Assembly (NCBI GenBank): GCA_047633635.1
Contig: JBLIFG010000003.1
Location: forward strand, 31,273-95,272
Length of the DNA: 64,000 nucleotides
Origin: Cellvibrionaceae bacterium
GTDB taxonomy: Bacteria; Pseudomonadota; Gammaproteobacteria; Pseudomonadales; Cellvibrionaceae
Direction of reading: 5' to 3'
Of the stretch, positions 36,302-47,621 are shown in pieces (position 1 is the first letter of the stretch; each line of letters begins with the position of its first letter). The notes under the pieces were generated by a model, which saw only the letters and a list, made by a program, of their open reading frames with translations, made no database searches and was not told the DNA's origin. Position numbers and translations under genes: made by a program.

Positions 36302-37417
36302 CTAATCTTCACTGACAACTATTTCAGGCATATCGCTAGACTGAAGGCGCTGCAACCATAGCTCTGCCGCCGCTTTCTGTGCGGTTTCACAATAGTGTTG
36401 CGCAAAAGTGCCCTCGGGGTTGGCAACAACCGTAGGTCTACCACTATCGGCTTCTTCTCGAATCGACATTGCCAAGGGCATAGCGCCCAGCAATTTAGTG
36501 CCGTAATCGGCGGCAATACGCGCGCCCCCTCCCTCACCAAAGATATGCTCTTCATGACCACAGTTAGTGCAGTGATGTACTGCCATATTTTCAACCACGC
36601 CCAGCACAGGAATATTTACCTTAACAAACATCTCAATGCCTTTTTTTGCATCAAGCAGGGCAATATCTTGAGGTGTGGTCACAATAATAGCGCCAGAAAC
36701 GGGCACTTCTTGAGACAGCGTCAGTTGAATATCACCAGTGCCCGGAGGCATATCGACAAACAAGTAATCGAGATCATCCCAATCGGTTTGAAATATCATT
36801 TGCTGAAGTGCGCCCGTTGCCATTGGTCCACGCCAAACAGCGGGGGTTTTATCCGAGAGTAGATATCCCAGCGACATCGATTGTAAGCCGTGCGCCTCAA
36901 CTGGAATCATCGCTTTCTCATCGCGCACTTCTGGCTTTTTCTTTGCCGCGCCAAGCATTTGTGGCTGACTTGGACCATAAATATCAGCGTCTAGAATGCC
37001 CACTCGCGCACCCATTTTAACCAATGCAAGTGCAAGGTTAACGGTTGTCGTTGATTTACCAACACCGCCTTTGCCCGAGGCGACAGCGATCACATTGCGT
37101 ACATTATTAATCGGTTTTTTACCTTCAACACCAACACTTACCGGTGCTTTCCAGCTATCGTTAACGACAACTTTATCGACATCTTCAAGGGTCAATAACT
37201 TCTCGACCACTTCATTAACTAGTACTTTGCGACGCGCATCACCGGGATAACCCAGCGTTAAATTTAACGATAAGCGTTTGTCGAGATACTGAATATTGCT
37301 AATAGCCTCGAGAGCGAGCAAATGCTGGCCCGTCAAAGGCTCTTTAATAGTAGTCAGTAGCGGAAGGACATGCTGCTCTATCCAAGCGGCAAGACTGGGG
37401 GAAGTAGATGTAGACAT
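36302..37417 (-). CDS. apbC: Iron-sulfur cluster carrier ATPase ApbC/Mrp
   Basis: Deviant Walker A SGKGGVGKST and the CTNCGH (CxxC) motif. It is divergent from metG, as in E. coli mrp-metG. The start was chosen at MSTSTSP; the ORF track begins at a TTG at 37465. Confidence 0.9.
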   Translation of the reverse strand: MSTSTSPSLAAWIEQHVLPLLTTIKEPLTGQHLLALEAISNIQYLDKRLSLNLTLGYPGDARRKVLVNEVVEKLLTLEDVDKVVVNDSWKAPVSVGVEGKKPINNVRNVIAVASGKGGVGKSTTTVNLALALVKMGARVGILDADIYGPSQPQMLGAAKKKPEVRDEKAMIPVEAHGLQSMSLGYLLSDKTPAVWRGPMATGALQQMIFQTDWDDLDYLFVDMPPGTGDIQLTLSQEVPVSGAIIVTTPQDIALLDAKKGIEMFVKVNIPVLGVVENMAVHHCTNCGHEEHIFGEGGGARIAADYGTKLLGAMPLAMSIREEADSGRPTVVANPEGTFAQHYCETAQKAAAELWLQRLQSSDMPEIVVSED

Positions 37418-38158
37418 AAACATTTCACATATTAGCAAATTAGAGGCATGCATATTACCCACCAATGCATGAATAAACCACCCTCGAGACCCTTCATATT
37501 CCTATTTATACTCAATCAAAAATAGCAATTCACAAAGATACAATATGTTTCAGCCAGCAAATGACTAATCAATGCCAAACTATCAACTTCTCCTATTTTT
37601 TATAGGGTTATAATAACCAGAAACTGCCGCTGAATCTCGAAAACCTGCAAACCGAAAGTGGTTACTTCAAAGTCATATGAGTGCGTCTAAAAACTTTAGC
37701 GTTCGCACGCGAGCGATAAACTTGCCCACTCGCTCTAAAAGCTCTTATTCCTCTCTAAACTTAACAAAAAGACCTAACAAAAAAACCTAAATAATGAAAC
37801 TGGGCGAAAGCTTTACAACAATAGTCTGTTAAGGCTTGCCAATATAATGCAGAGTTTTTAGCTGCCCATCGGGCCTTTAGGATTGAAAATTCATTACGTG
37901 AATAATCTGCGATTCGGCATCAAAATCAGTTAAATCAATGCTATAATTTGCTCCGCATATTTCGTCAGCAACTATTGTAAAGCCCAGTGTATAAATAACA
38001 TTGGGCTTTAACTAATAAACCATTTATGTTTTGCTCACTAGTAAACAGTGCCAAGCCTGAATCAATCAATAGGTTTAAACCTTAACTATTAAACAAGTCA
38101 GTCGCAAGCGTTCAAATACTGAATACAGTGGCTGATTAACCACAATGAAAAATTATTT

Positions 38159-40237
38159 ATGAGTCGTAAAATTTTGGTCACAAGCGCACTCCCCTATGCG
38201 AACGGATCTATCCATTTAGGGCATTTGGTCGAGTACATTCAAACCGATATTTGGGTCCGCTTTCAAAAGCTACGCGGTCACGAGTGTACCTATGTCTGCG
38301 CCGACGATGCACATGGCACCGCCATTATGCTCAAGGCCGAAGAAAATGGTATTTCGCCAGACCAACAGATTGCTAATATCAAAGCCGAGCACGAAAAAGA
38401 TTTTGCTGACTTTGACATTGTTTTTGATAACTTTCACTCTACACACTCAAGCGAAAATAAAGAGTTATCCGAGCTGATCTATAATAAGCTGCTTGCCAAT
38501 AACCACATTGCCAAGCGCACGATTACTCAAGCCTTCGATCCAGAAAAAGAATTATTTTTAGCCGATCGCTATATAAAAGGCAGCTGTCCTAAATGTGGTA
38601 GCCCCGATCAATACGGTGATAATTGTGAAGTTTGTAGCGCAACTTATTCACCAACCGAATTAATTGACCCGAGGTCTGTTATCTCTGGAGCAACACCGGT
38701 AAAAAAGGATTCTGAACACTTCTTTTTCAAACTGCCAGAATTTAGCGATTTCTTAGAAAATTGGACGCGTGCAGGTCATCTACAAATTGAAATGGCCAAT
38801 AAACTTGCCGAGTGGTTAGATGCGGGCCTACAAGAGTGGGACATTTCACGCGACGCGCCCTATTTTGGTTTTGAAATCCCTGGCCAAAAAGGTAAATATT
38901 TTTATGTATGGTTAGATGCACCCATTGGCTATATCGCCAGCTTTAAAAACTTTTGCGAAAATAGTGAAAAAAATACGGCTGGCTTAAACTGGCAAGATTA
39001 TTGGCTCGACGATGGCAAAGGTGATTCAAAGCTTAACAATGGCACCGAGCTCTACCATTTTATTGGTAAAGACATCGTTAATTTTCACGCCTTGTTTTGG
39101 CCCGCCATGTTGCACTCAGCTAAATTTCGCACACCAACAGCTGTCAATGTTCATGGCTTTTTGATGGTTAATGGCAACAAGATGTCGAAATCTCGCGGCA
39201 CTTTTATTAATGCCCGAACCTATCTTAATCATTTAAAACCCGATTATTTGCGCTATTATTTTGCCACAAAATTATCGAGTGCGGTCGACGACCTCGATCT
39301 TAATCTCGATGATTTTATTCAACGCGTTAACTCAGACCTTGTTGGCAAAGTTGTCAATATCGCCAGTCGTACCGCGCGCTTTATCCAAAAATCAGGTGGC
39401 GCCTTAGGCAGCAACGTCGACGATGCTGCACTTTGGCAGCAATGTGTAGATGCGGGCGATGTCATAGCGGACCTTTACGAGCAACGTGAGTTTGCTAAAG
39501 CCATGCGTGAAATTATGAACCTTGCCGATGCAGCCAACGAATATATAGCAGCAAAAGAACCGTGGGCACTCGCTAAAGTTGAGGGTAACGAGCAGGCGAT
39601 ACTCGATATCTGCACCCAGGGCATCAACATGTTCCGTGCTATTTCAACCTATCTAAAACCCGTGTTGCCAGCACTTGTTGACGACATCGAGGCCTTTTTG
39701 AATGAGGACTTAAGTTGGAACAGTAATATTGAATTCAAAACAGACCATGTTATTAATACATTCAAACCACTATTGAGTCGGGTCGAAAAAACTCAGGTGG
39801 ATGCCATCGTTGAAGATAGTAAAGAGGCCTTAGCGCCGTTGAATAAAATTAGCGCTGAAGTTGCAGCCGATAAAAATCCCAGATCTGAGCTTGCAAAAGA
39901 GCCCATCGTTGCCGAAATCGATTTCGATACTTTTGCGAAGGTCGACTTACGCGTTGCAAAAATCATTAAGGCAAGTCATGTGAAAGGCGCCGATAAATTA
40001 TTACAGCTTACACTTGATATCGGCGGTGAGACTCGCAATGTATTTTCAGGTATTAAAAGTGCGTATCAACCAGAGGAACTTGAGGGTCGACTAACCATTA
40101 TGGTGGCTAATTTAGCGCCGCGTAAAATGAAATTTGGTCTCTCAGAAGGTATGGTATTAGCGGCTGGGCCTGGCGATAAAGAAATTTATTTGCTAGAACC
40201 TCACGACGGCGCCGTCCCCGGTATGCGAGTTATGTAA
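38159..40237 (+). CDS. metG: Methionine--tRNA ligase
   Basis: HLGH and KMSKS class-I motifs, a CPKCG...CEVC zinc knuckle and a C-terminal tRNA-binding (EMAP-like) domain. Confidence 0.97.
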   Translation: MSRKILVTSALPYANGSIHLGHLVEYIQTDIWVRFQKLRGHECTYVCADDAHGTAIMLKAEENGISPDQQIANIKAEHEKDFADFDIVFDNFHSTHSSENKELSELIYNKLLANNHIAKRTITQAFDPEKELFLADRYIKGSCPKCGSPDQYGDNCEVCSATYSPTELIDPRSVISGATPVKKDSEHFFFKLPEFSDFLENWTRAGHLQIEMANKLAEWLDAGLQEWDISRDAPYFGFEIPGQKGKYFYVWLDAPIGYIASFKNFCENSEKNTAGLNWQDYWLDDGKGDSKLNNGTELYHFIGKDIVNFHALFWPAMLHSAKFRTPTAVNVHGFLMVNGNKMSKSRGTFINARTYLNHLKPDYLRYYFATKLSSAVDDLDLNLDDFIQRVNSDLVGKVVNIASRTARFIQKSGGALGSNVDDAALWQQCVDAGDVIADLYEQREFAKAMREIMNLADAANEYIAAKEPWALAKVEGNEQAILDICTQGINMFRAISTYLKPVLPALVDDIEAFLNEDLSWNSNIEFKTDHVINTFKPLLSRVEKTQVDAIVEDSKEALAPLNKISAEVAADKNPRSELAKEPIVAEIDFDTFAKVDLRVAKIIKASHVKGADKLLQLTLDIGGETRNVFSGIKSAYQPEELEGRLTIMVANLAPRKMKFGLSEGMVLAAGPGDKEIYLLEPHDGAVPGMRVM

Positions 40238-40818
40238 TGAATGAATTTATACTCATATTGCTCAGTACTATTTTAGTCAATAATTTTGTATTAGTTCAAT
40301 TTCTTGGGCTGTGCCCGTTTATGGGCGTGTCTAATAAATTAGAAACTGCAATTGGTATGGCTAGCGCCACCACCTTTGTGTTAACTCTAGCGTCTATTTG
40401 CAGTTACCTAGTTCACGCTTATGTACTTGAACCATTATCGCTCACGTATTTAAAGACAATATCTTTTATTTTAGTGATTGCCGTTGTCGTACAATTTGCC
40501 AAAATGTTTATCGAGAAAACAAGCCCTTTGCTCTATCGTGTACTCGGTGTTTTTTTGCCGTTGATTACTACTAATTGTGCGGTGCTTGGGGTCGCATTAC
40601 TCAATACGACTAAGGCTCACAATTTTTTCCAATCCGCTATTTATGGTTTTGGAGCAGCTTTAGGATTTTCGCTGGTATTGATTTTATTTTCTGCCATGCG
40701 CGAGCGCTTGAGCGCAGCTGATGTGCCGACGCCATTTAAAGGTGCCGCAATCGGTATGATCACCGCCGGCTTAATGTCTCTGGCATTCATGGGGTTTGCG
40801 GGATTAATTCAGCTGTAA
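40237..40818 (+). CDS. rnfA: Rnf/Rsx electron transport complex subunit A
   Basis: [20 protein letters not shown]...[11 protein letters not shown] is near-identical in pattern to E. coli RsxA. The ATG shares one nucleotide with the metG TAA (TAATG). Confidence 0.95.
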   Translation: MNEFILILLSTILVNNFVLVQFLGLCPFMGVSNKLETAIGMASATTFVLTLASICSYLVHAYVLEPLSLTYLKTISFILVIAVVVQFAKMFIEKTSPLLYRVLGVFLPLITTNCAVLGVALLNTTKAHNFFQSAIYGFGAALGFSLVLILFSAMRERLSAADVPTPFKGAAIGMITAGLMSLAFMGFAGLIQL

Positions 40819-40954
40819 AACTCCTTAGATTTTACTCGCGCATATTTCTTGTTATTTTTTATAGCTACTTTTATAGTTTTGATTAACAACGTGTATGAAC
40901 ACCCGATGTGATGTTTGAGTAACAACACTCACGTCACCTACATTTTTGGTTGAT

Positions 40955-41590
40955 ATGTTCGAACTTATTTTAAATAACCCCATTAGCGCCGCATTGATCG
41001 GCCTTGGCGGCCTTGCATTAGTTTTTGGTGCCATACTGGGCTTCGCAGCTGTTAAATTTAAAGTTGAAGGCGACCCCATTGTCGAGCAACTCGATGCACT
41101 CCTACCTCAAACGCAGTGTGGACAATGTGGTCATCCTGGATGTCGTCCTTACGCTGAGGGCATCGCCAACGGCGAGGCCATTAATAAATGCCCACCCGGT
41201 GGCCAGGCAACTATTAATGCGATTGCCAGTCTTCTAGATGTCGAGGCGCCATCACTCGACGAAGAACACGGCCAAGAAGCAGAGCTTAAAACGGTTGCCT
41301 ATATTCGCGAAGACGAATGTATTGGCTGTACCAAATGTATTCAGGCCTGCCCGGTTGACGCTATTTTAGGTGCAGCAAAACAGATGCATACGGTTATTGT
41401 CGACGAGTGTACCGGCTGCGATCTATGCGTTGAGCCCTGTCCTGTCGATTGTATTGATATGTTAATTGTTGAACCCACCGTAAGCGACTGGCACTGGACC
41501 AAACCGGCACAAAGTGCAGCTGCGTTAGCGACTCAGATCATCGCAACAGACCGATTGAATAGTAATAATGATGAGGGTCGTGCAGCATGA
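40955..41590 (+). CDS. rnfB: Rnf complex subunit B (ferredoxin-like)
   Basis: CGQCGHPGC plus two 4Fe-4S motifs, [12 protein letters not shown] and [12 protein letters not shown]. The ATG at 40955 is preferred to the TTG at 40946. Confidence 0.9.
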   Translation: MFELILNNPISAALIGLGGLALVFGAILGFAAVKFKVEGDPIVEQLDALLPQTQCGQCGHPGCRPYAEGIANGEAINKCPPGGQATINAIASLLDVEAPSLDEEHGQEAELKTVAYIREDECIGCTKCIQACPVDAILGAAKQMHTVIVDECTGCDLCVEPCPVDCIDMLIVEPTVSDWHWTKPAQSAAALATQIIATDRLNSNNDEGRAA

Positions 41591-43722
41591 GTGACCCAAG
41601 GTTTGAGCATCAAATTAAAGTCTATGATATTCCTGGGGGCATACACCCACCAGAAAATAAAACACAGTCAATGAGATTGCCCTTGGGTGAAGTCTCTATT
41701 CCTAGTGAGCTTGTCTTTCCTTTGAGCCAGCATATTGGTACGTCGGCAGTAGCGATTGTTAGCGTTGGCCAAAAAGTACTTGGCGGTCAAAAAATTGCAG
41801 AGGCTCTAGGGGCATTAAGCGTACCTGTCCACGCGTCTACTTCTGGCACTATTGGCGCTATTGAAGAGCGTATTCTACCGCATACGTCGGGTATGAGCGG
41901 CCCCTGCATTGTACTTATAAGTGATGGTCAACATCAATTTGTCGACTATCAAGCCTGCAGTGATTATCGCCAATTAAGCAGTGCTGAACTTATCGAAAAA
42001 ATTCGCCAAGCAGGTATTGCCGGCCTTGGTGGTGCGGGCTTTCCTACCGCCATAAAACTTGACCCTCGCAATACCTCAATTGATACGCTCATACTCAACG
42101 GTACTGAATGCGAGCCCTATATCACCGCTGATGATCGTCTCATGCAAGATTATGCCAGCGATGTTGTTGCGGGTGCTGAGTTACTTGCCTTCATTTTGGG
42201 CGAACCCTCAACTATTATTGTTGGTATAGAAGACAACAAGCCCGATGCCATTAAGGCGATGCAAGCTGCCGCTAAAAATACTCGCGTCAAGATCGCCAGC
42301 TTCCCGACAAAATACCCTTCAGGTGGTGAGAGGCAGTTAATACAAATTTTAACAAACAAAGAAGTGCCATCGGGTAAGCTACCAGCAACGCTTGGTATAG
42401 TGATGCAAAACGTCGGTACGGCGATGGCCGCATACCGGGCAGTGCGTTTTGGTGAGGCGCTAACATGGCGCATTACCACCTTGGTAGGCGAGGCCCTCAA
42501 AGTCGAACGCAATATCAAAGCATTACTGGGCACACCCGTTGAACACCTATTATCCGAGCTTGGTTTTCAAGCCAATGTCGCATCGCGTCTGATTATGGGT
42601 GGCCCGATGATGGGCGTTGCACTTCCCGACGTTAAGGTACCGGTTGTCAAGACGACCGCCTGCATTATCGCTCCTAGCCATGATGAAATGCCCGATCAAC
42701 CCGATGCCCAAGCTTGTATTCGCTGTGGTTTATGCGCCGAGGTCTGTCCTGTCAGTTTATTGCCACAACAACTCTATTGGTATGCTAAATCGGAAGAGTA
42801 CGATCGCCTGCAAAATCACAACCTATTTGATTGTATTGAATGTGGGGCCTGTTCTTATGTGTGTCCATCGACGATTCCATTAGTACAATATTATCGCGCT
42901 GCCAAGGGCAATATACGCCAACAGCAACAAGAAAAAATACGTTCGGATCATGCTCGCCAACGCTTTGAATCTAGGCAAGCTCGTATTGAGCAAGCAGAAA
43001 TTGAAAAAGAAGCCAAGCGCACGGCTCGCAAGCAAGCCGCAGAAAAAGCTAAAGCACTGGCCGCCCAGAATAAACTTGATGCCCTACAAAATCCCAGTGA
43101 AGATAAAGCTGTCAGCGATAAGCCCACACTAGATCCGGTGGCTATTGCCATGGCTCGGGTCAAAGAGAAAGAGCAAGATCCAGTTGTCCAAAAATCAAGA
43201 TTAGAGCGTGCGTTGACGAGCGCACAGGGGCGTGCAGAGAAATTACAAACACGCTTAAATAATGCCGAACCCGATCAAGTTGAAAAACTAACGGCACAAG
43301 TTAAGCAGGCACAGCTGCGCGTCGGCGATGCACAAAAGCACCTCGATGCTTTTGATATCAGTATAAGTAGCCCTGAAGACAAACCACCAACAGCTAATGC
43401 AAAAGCATCCGACACCCACCTAAGCGCGGGGGCAAAACCCTTAAAACCTGCATCAGCTGCGAAAATTGATGCGGCATCTGCTGCCATTGAACGCGCTAAG
43501 CTAGGCGCTGAAGCCTTCGCCTCGATGAGCCCAGAAGAAAAACTAAATCAACAGTTAGCGTCACTCACAAAACGCCTCGACAAAGCTCAGAAAAATTTAG
43601 CTGGGGCCGAGGCCGAAAATAGTGAACATATAGCTGCCTTTGCGGTTGGCTTAGAAAACATTCAAGCCAAACTTGTGACCACACAAGCTGAATTAACCCG
43701 CTTACAAAAAGAGAATCCATAA
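41587..43722 (+). CDS. rnfC: Rnf complex subunit C
   Basis: [12 protein letters not shown](H)/FMN motif and two 4Fe-4S motifs ([24 protein letters not shown]). It has a long Ala/Lys/Gln-rich C-terminal tail and an ATGA overlap with rnfB. Confidence 0.9.
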   Translation: MSDPRFEHQIKVYDIPGGIHPPENKTQSMRLPLGEVSIPSELVFPLSQHIGTSAVAIVSVGQKVLGGQKIAEALGALSVPVHASTSGTIGAIEERILPHTSGMSGPCIVLISDGQHQFVDYQACSDYRQLSSAELIEKIRQAGIAGLGGAGFPTAIKLDPRNTSIDTLILNGTECEPYITADDRLMQDYASDVVAGAELLAFILGEPSTIIVGIEDNKPDAIKAMQAAAKNTRVKIASFPTKYPSGGERQLIQILTNKEVPSGKLPATLGIVMQNVGTAMAAYRAVRFGEALTWRITTLVGEALKVERNIKALLGTPVEHLLSELGFQANVASRLIMGGPMMGVALPDVKVPVVKTTACIIAPSHDEMPDQPDAQACIRCGLCAEVCPVSLLPQQLYWYAKSEEYDRLQNHNLFDCIECGACSYVCPSTIPLVQYYRAAKGNIRQQQQEKIRSDHARQRFESRQARIEQAEIEKEAKRTARKQAAEKAKALAAQNKLDALQNPSEDKAVSDKPTLDPVAIAMARVKEKEQDPVVQKSRLERALTSAQGRAEKLQTRLNNAEPDQVEKLTAQVKQAQLRVGDAQKHLDAFDISISSPEDKPPTANAKASDTHLSAGAKPLKPASAAKIDAASAAIERAKLGAEAFASMSPEEKLNQQLASLTKRLDKAQKNLAGAEAENSEHIAAFAVGLENIQAKLVTTQAELTRLQKENP

Positions 43723-43724
43723 CC

Positions 43725-44792
43725 ATGGCATTTATTCGCCGCACATCGCCCCATGCACACACTGCAAGCACCACCGGCGACATCATGCGTTGGGTTATTT
43801 ACGCCACCTTGCCTGGGCTTGTGGTGTTGACATATTTTTTTGGTTGGGGCAGCTTGATTAATGTCGCTTTAAGTTGTGTAACTGCACTTGGCTGCGAAGC
43901 ACTTATTCTCAAACTGCGTAAGCGACCCGTTTTATTTTATTTAAAAGATTATAGCGCATTAGTAACCGCTGTTTTATTAGGGCTATCACTACCCCCCTAC
44001 GCACCTTGGTGGCTGGTGGTTATTGGAATTGCTTCGGCTATCATCCTAGCAAAACAGCTCTATGGTGGCCTCGGTTACAATCCGTTTAACCCAGCAATGG
44101 TTGGCTACGTTATCTTACTCATTTCTTTTCCTGTGGAGATGACGCGCTGGGCAACACCGGCAACGCTATTGAGCGATGGCCAAACCTTACCGTCTTTAAT
44201 GACTGCACTAGAGTCTGTATTTTTAGGTAGTTCAGCAGCTATCGACGGCTATACGGGGGCCACTCCCCTCGACTTATTTAAAACGCAGCAAGGCTTACTC
44301 GTTGAGCAAATTAACGCACAGCAGCCTTTATTCTCACTCGCGAGCTTTGCTGGTGCTGGCTGGGAGTGGGTCAATGTCGCTTTTTTGGGCGGCGGCATAT
44401 GGCTACTCTATAAACGTGCTTTTACTTGGCATGCCCCCATCAGTATGCTGCTGGCATTAAGTGTAATGACGTTTTTATTTTATGGCGGAGGCAATTCAGA
44501 TAGCGGCGGCTCATCAATGCTCCACCTGTTTTCTGGTGGCACCATGTTCGGTGCATTTTTCATTATTACCGATCCCGTAAGTTCTGCCGTCAGTAACAAA
44601 GGTCGCATTATTTATGGCGCAGCTATTGGCATATTAATTTATATTATTCGCGTATGGGGTAACTATCCCGACGCTATCGCTTTTGCTGTGCTGCTGATGA
44701 ATTTTGCCGCACCGTTTATCGATTACTACACGCTGCCGCGCACTTATGGCCATACAAAAACAAGTCGGGCAACGCGAGGACGCGATTTATGA
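43725..44792 (+). CDS. rnfD: Rnf complex subunit D
   Basis: Polytopic membrane protein with the SGGTMFGAFFIITDPVSS flavinylation region. Confidence 0.9.
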   Translation: MAFIRRTSPHAHTASTTGDIMRWVIYATLPGLVVLTYFFGWGSLINVALSCVTALGCEALILKLRKRPVLFYLKDYSALVTAVLLGLSLPPYAPWWLVVIGIASAIILAKQLYGGLGYNPFNPAMVGYVILLISFPVEMTRWATPATLLSDGQTLPSLMTALESVFLGSSAAIDGYTGATPLDLFKTQQGLLVEQINAQQPLFSLASFAGAGWEWVNVAFLGGGIWLLYKRAFTWHAPISMLLALSVMTFLFYGGGNSDSGGSSMLHLFSGGTMFGAFFIITDPVSSAVSNKGRIIYGAAIGILIYIIRVWGNYPDAIAFAVLLMNFAAPFIDYYTLPRTYGHTKTSRATRGRDL

Positions 44793-45484
44793 AGCCCAAT
44801 AAATCAAGCTTGCTCTCTATTGCTTTATCGATGAGTAAAAATAGTATTTTACTTTTTTTGTTTGCCCTACTTACTGCAGGTATTCTGGCCGTAACCTATG
44901 AAGGAACCAAAGAAACCATTGCAGCGGCAGAGCGCAAAGCGGCCGAAACAGCATTGTTTGACATCATCCCTGCCGCGCGCATTGATAATGACTTATTGCT
45001 AGATACGATTGCTATTCCCGAGTCATCGTGGGCTGAGTTGGGCTTAAAAAATGGTGGCGATATTCATGTTGCGCGCAAGCATCAAAAAATCATTGCCGTC
45101 ATTATTCCAACTGTTGCCCCCGATGGTTATAGCGGTGATATAAAAATGATTGCAGGTGTTAATAGTGATGGCAGCATTGTTGGCGTGCGAGTTCTCAGTC
45201 ACATAGAAACGCCGGGTCTTGGCGACAAGGTAGAGATTAAAAAAAGTAATTGGATTAAGAGTTTCGACAATAAATCGTTAACCCAACCAACGCTCGACAA
45301 ATGGAAAGTTAAAAAAGATGGCGGTGAGTTTGATCAATTCACCGGCGCAACTATTACACCAAGGGCTGTGGTTCAACAAATACGTAAAGTATTAGAGTAT
45401 GTCGAACGCAGCCAGACTCTACTTTTCGAGACAACAGCCGCAATAACGACTGAAAATAAAGTCTCGACGGCAGGCCAACAATAG
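44789..45484 (+). CDS. rnfG: Rnf complex subunit G
   Basis: FMN-binding motif FDQFTGATITPRAV and an ATGA overlap with rnfD. Confidence 0.85.
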   Translation: MKPNKSSLLSIALSMSKNSILLFLFALLTAGILAVTYEGTKETIAAAERKAAETALFDIIPAARIDNDLLLDTIAIPESSWAELGLKNGGDIHVARKHQKIIAVIIPTVAPDGYSGDIKMIAGVNSDGSIVGVRVLSHIETPGLGDKVEIKKSNWIKSFDNKSLTQPTLDKWKVKKDGGEFDQFTGATITPRAVVQQIRKVLEYVERSQTLLFETTAAITTENKVSTAGQQ

Positions 45485-45648
45485 AAGACCTAGCGAGCGA
45501 TGGCCGTGTTGAGTTAGAATTTTGATAATTTGATGACAATAGTGTTTCTATTTTACGAAAATCAGCAAAAAATTAGGCCAAGACCCGTGTCTCATGATTG
45601 CCGACTATTTTTGTAAAGCCGCCTATTATAACAGTGACAATCGATACC

Positions 45649-46437
45649 ATGAATACAAGCATTGATAGCACAGAGTTACCCCTTGATGAGATCGCGGGTG
45701 CGCACGAAAATAGTGACGCTAGCTCTGTGAGTTATAGCGAGATCAGTAAAAATGGCTTGTGGTCTAACAATCCGGCCCTAGTTCAACTCCTCGGCTTATG
45801 TCCACTACTCGCTGTCAGTGGCTCAGTTGTGAATGCGATCGGCTTAGGCTTAGCTACGCTAATGGTTTTAGTTGGCTCAAACATTGTGGTATCTCTGATT
45901 CGTAACATTGTTAGCGATGCCGTCAAACTACCCGTCTTTGTAATGATTATCGCCGCGTTTACCACTTGTACTGAGTTATTAATGCGTGCCTATACCTTTG
46001 AGCTTTATCAAATTCTTGGCATCTTTATTCCTTTGATTGTGACTAATTGCGCCATTCTTGGGCGTGCTGATGCTTTTGCCTGTAAAAATAAAGTCATCCC
46101 CTCGGCCGTTGATGGCTTTATGATGGGCTCTGGATTCTTATTAGTGCTGCTTTGCATTGGAGCCACACGAGAGATTTTGGGCGCCGGTACTTTATTTGCA
46201 GATATGCAACTACTCTTTGGCGAGGGCGCGCGAGCTTGGGAGCTACAACTATTTGGCGAGAACTACCCAGGATTTTTAGTGGCAATTTTGCCACCAGGTG
46301 CCTTTATAGTCGCTGGCTTTTTGATTGCGCTTAAAAATGTGATTGATGACACTCTCGAGAAAAGAAGATTAGCGGCCCAACCCAAAGCAATTATTAAGGG
46401 TGCCAAACGCGTAAGAACTACAGGTGCTATTAGCTGA
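45649..46437 (+). CDS. rnfE: Rnf complex subunit E
   Basis: [17 protein letters not shown]...[12 protein letters not shown] (RnfA/E family). The ATG at 45649 is preferred to the TTG at 45598. Confidence 0.9.
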   Translation: MNTSIDSTELPLDEIAGAHENSDASSVSYSEISKNGLWSNNPALVQLLGLCPLLAVSGSVVNAIGLGLATLMVLVGSNIVVSLIRNIVSDAVKLPVFVMIIAAFTTCTELLMRAYTFELYQILGIFIPLIVTNCAILGRADAFACKNKVIPSAVDGFMMGSGFLLVLLCIGATREILGAGTLFADMQLLFGEGARAWELQLFGENYPGFLVAILPPGAFIVAGFLIALKNVIDDTLEKRRLAAQPKAIIKGAKRVRTTGAIS

Positions 46438-46535
46438 GTAGTCAATAGTAAAAAAACGTGGCTTAACCGGTGCTTGCTGGACAAGCTCGGCATTACTACT
46501 GAGTCACCGTCATGCCTTCACGGATGGCCAACTCA

Positions 46536-47342
46536 CTATTGCTCTTTAAGTAAATCACCTAGCTCAATAGCTGCCTGGCGCAACACTGATTCAAACGCGA
46601 GTAATTCATCTAAACTTTTGCGGATCACCGGTGCATGGGTAAAGAGACAGGCGAACAGCTTGCCGTCTTCGTCTTTAATTGGTACTGCGCAGGCCACCAT
46701 ACCATCGACAAATTCTTCATTGTCGATACCCAGCTCATTTGCCTGAATCTTTAATAACTCACTTTCCAATAAGTCGGTCTCGGTCAAGGTGTTGCGCGCC
46801 AATTTATCCAGTGACAGCTTAGCTATAATGCGCTGGCGACGCTCTTTAGGTAGCGAACTTAAATAAAGCTTACCACTAGCAGTGCACCATGCAGGTGTGT
46901 GACTGCCGACAGGTAAGTAAATTCGTAACGGCCAATTGGTTTGAACACGATCGTAATAGATCATCTCAGTACCATCGGGAATAGCGATGCCGCAGGTTTC
47001 ACCAATGGTTTCAGCTAGGTTTTTTAAAATGGCCTGACGCAAAGCCTTAAAGCGGCTGCTATGGAGCACACCTAGAGCAATCCGATGCATGCGGTCACCA
47101 GGAACTAACAAGCCACGCATATTAATTTGCACGTAATTGTCAGTTTCTAGTTGCTGTAAAAGACGATGAATACTCGGTTTAGGAATATCGAGCAGAAATG
47201 CCAATTCAGTGGGTGACATGGGTCGCTCGGCACGAGAAACCGCCTCTATAATTTCGAGTACACGGGCAATAGACGAACCTTTGTCACGTCGCTGAGCGGT
47301 CACTTTATATCCTGTCATAAATTTTGTGCTCGTTAGGGACAA
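46536..47342 (-). CDS. IclR-family transcriptional regulator
   Basis: N-terminal winged HTH (ARVLEIIEAVSRAERPMSPTELAFLLDIPKPSIHRLL) and a C-terminal IclR effector domain. Confidence 0.85.
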   Translation of the reverse strand: MSLTSTKFMTGYKVTAQRRDKGSSIARVLEIIEAVSRAERPMSPTELAFLLDIPKPSIHRLLQQLETDNYVQINMRGLLVPGDRMHRIALGVLHSSRFKALRQAILKNLAETIGETCGIAIPDGTEMIYYDRVQTNWPLRIYLPVGSHTPAWCTASGKLYLSSLPKERRQRIIAKLSLDKLARNTLTETDLLESELLKIQANELGIDNEEFVDGMVACAVPIKDEDGKLFACLFTHAPVIRKSLDELLAFESVLRQAAIELGDLLKEQ

Positions 47343-47544
47343 GCAATCATATTGTTAGCTAGAATCGCACTCAAAAACATCTGTGATCTCATTAAGCCGA
47401 ACCACAGATAAGCGAATTTGTTCACAATGGTCTTTAAGCGGAGTTATGCGTTGCTATGTGCTGTTCAACTAAAAGGTTATTCCTGGAAGCTTGGCTGCTG
47501 TTTCAACGGCCTAGCAAGCTCTTGTGCAAATCTCTTAGTTCAAT

Positions 47545-47578
47545 AAAAAGGCTAGTCTATTGATTAGATAGACTAGCC
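47545..47578 (-). terminator. Rho-independent terminator after the aldehyde dehydrogenase gene
   Basis: Perfect 11-bp stem GGCTAGTCTAT / ATAGACTAGCC with a 7-nt loop, followed by TTTTT on the minus strand. Confidence 0.7.
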
Positions 47579-47621
47579 CAAAAGCTTAAAGGCGCGCCAT
47601 CTAAATGGCGCTCAAATTAGC

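Noticed and set aside
43000-43722. The long Ala/Lys/Gln-rich C-terminal extension of RnfC, considered as a novelty.
   Set aside because: E. coli RsxC and many RnfC proteins also have long repetitive C-terminal tails, so this is expected for the family.
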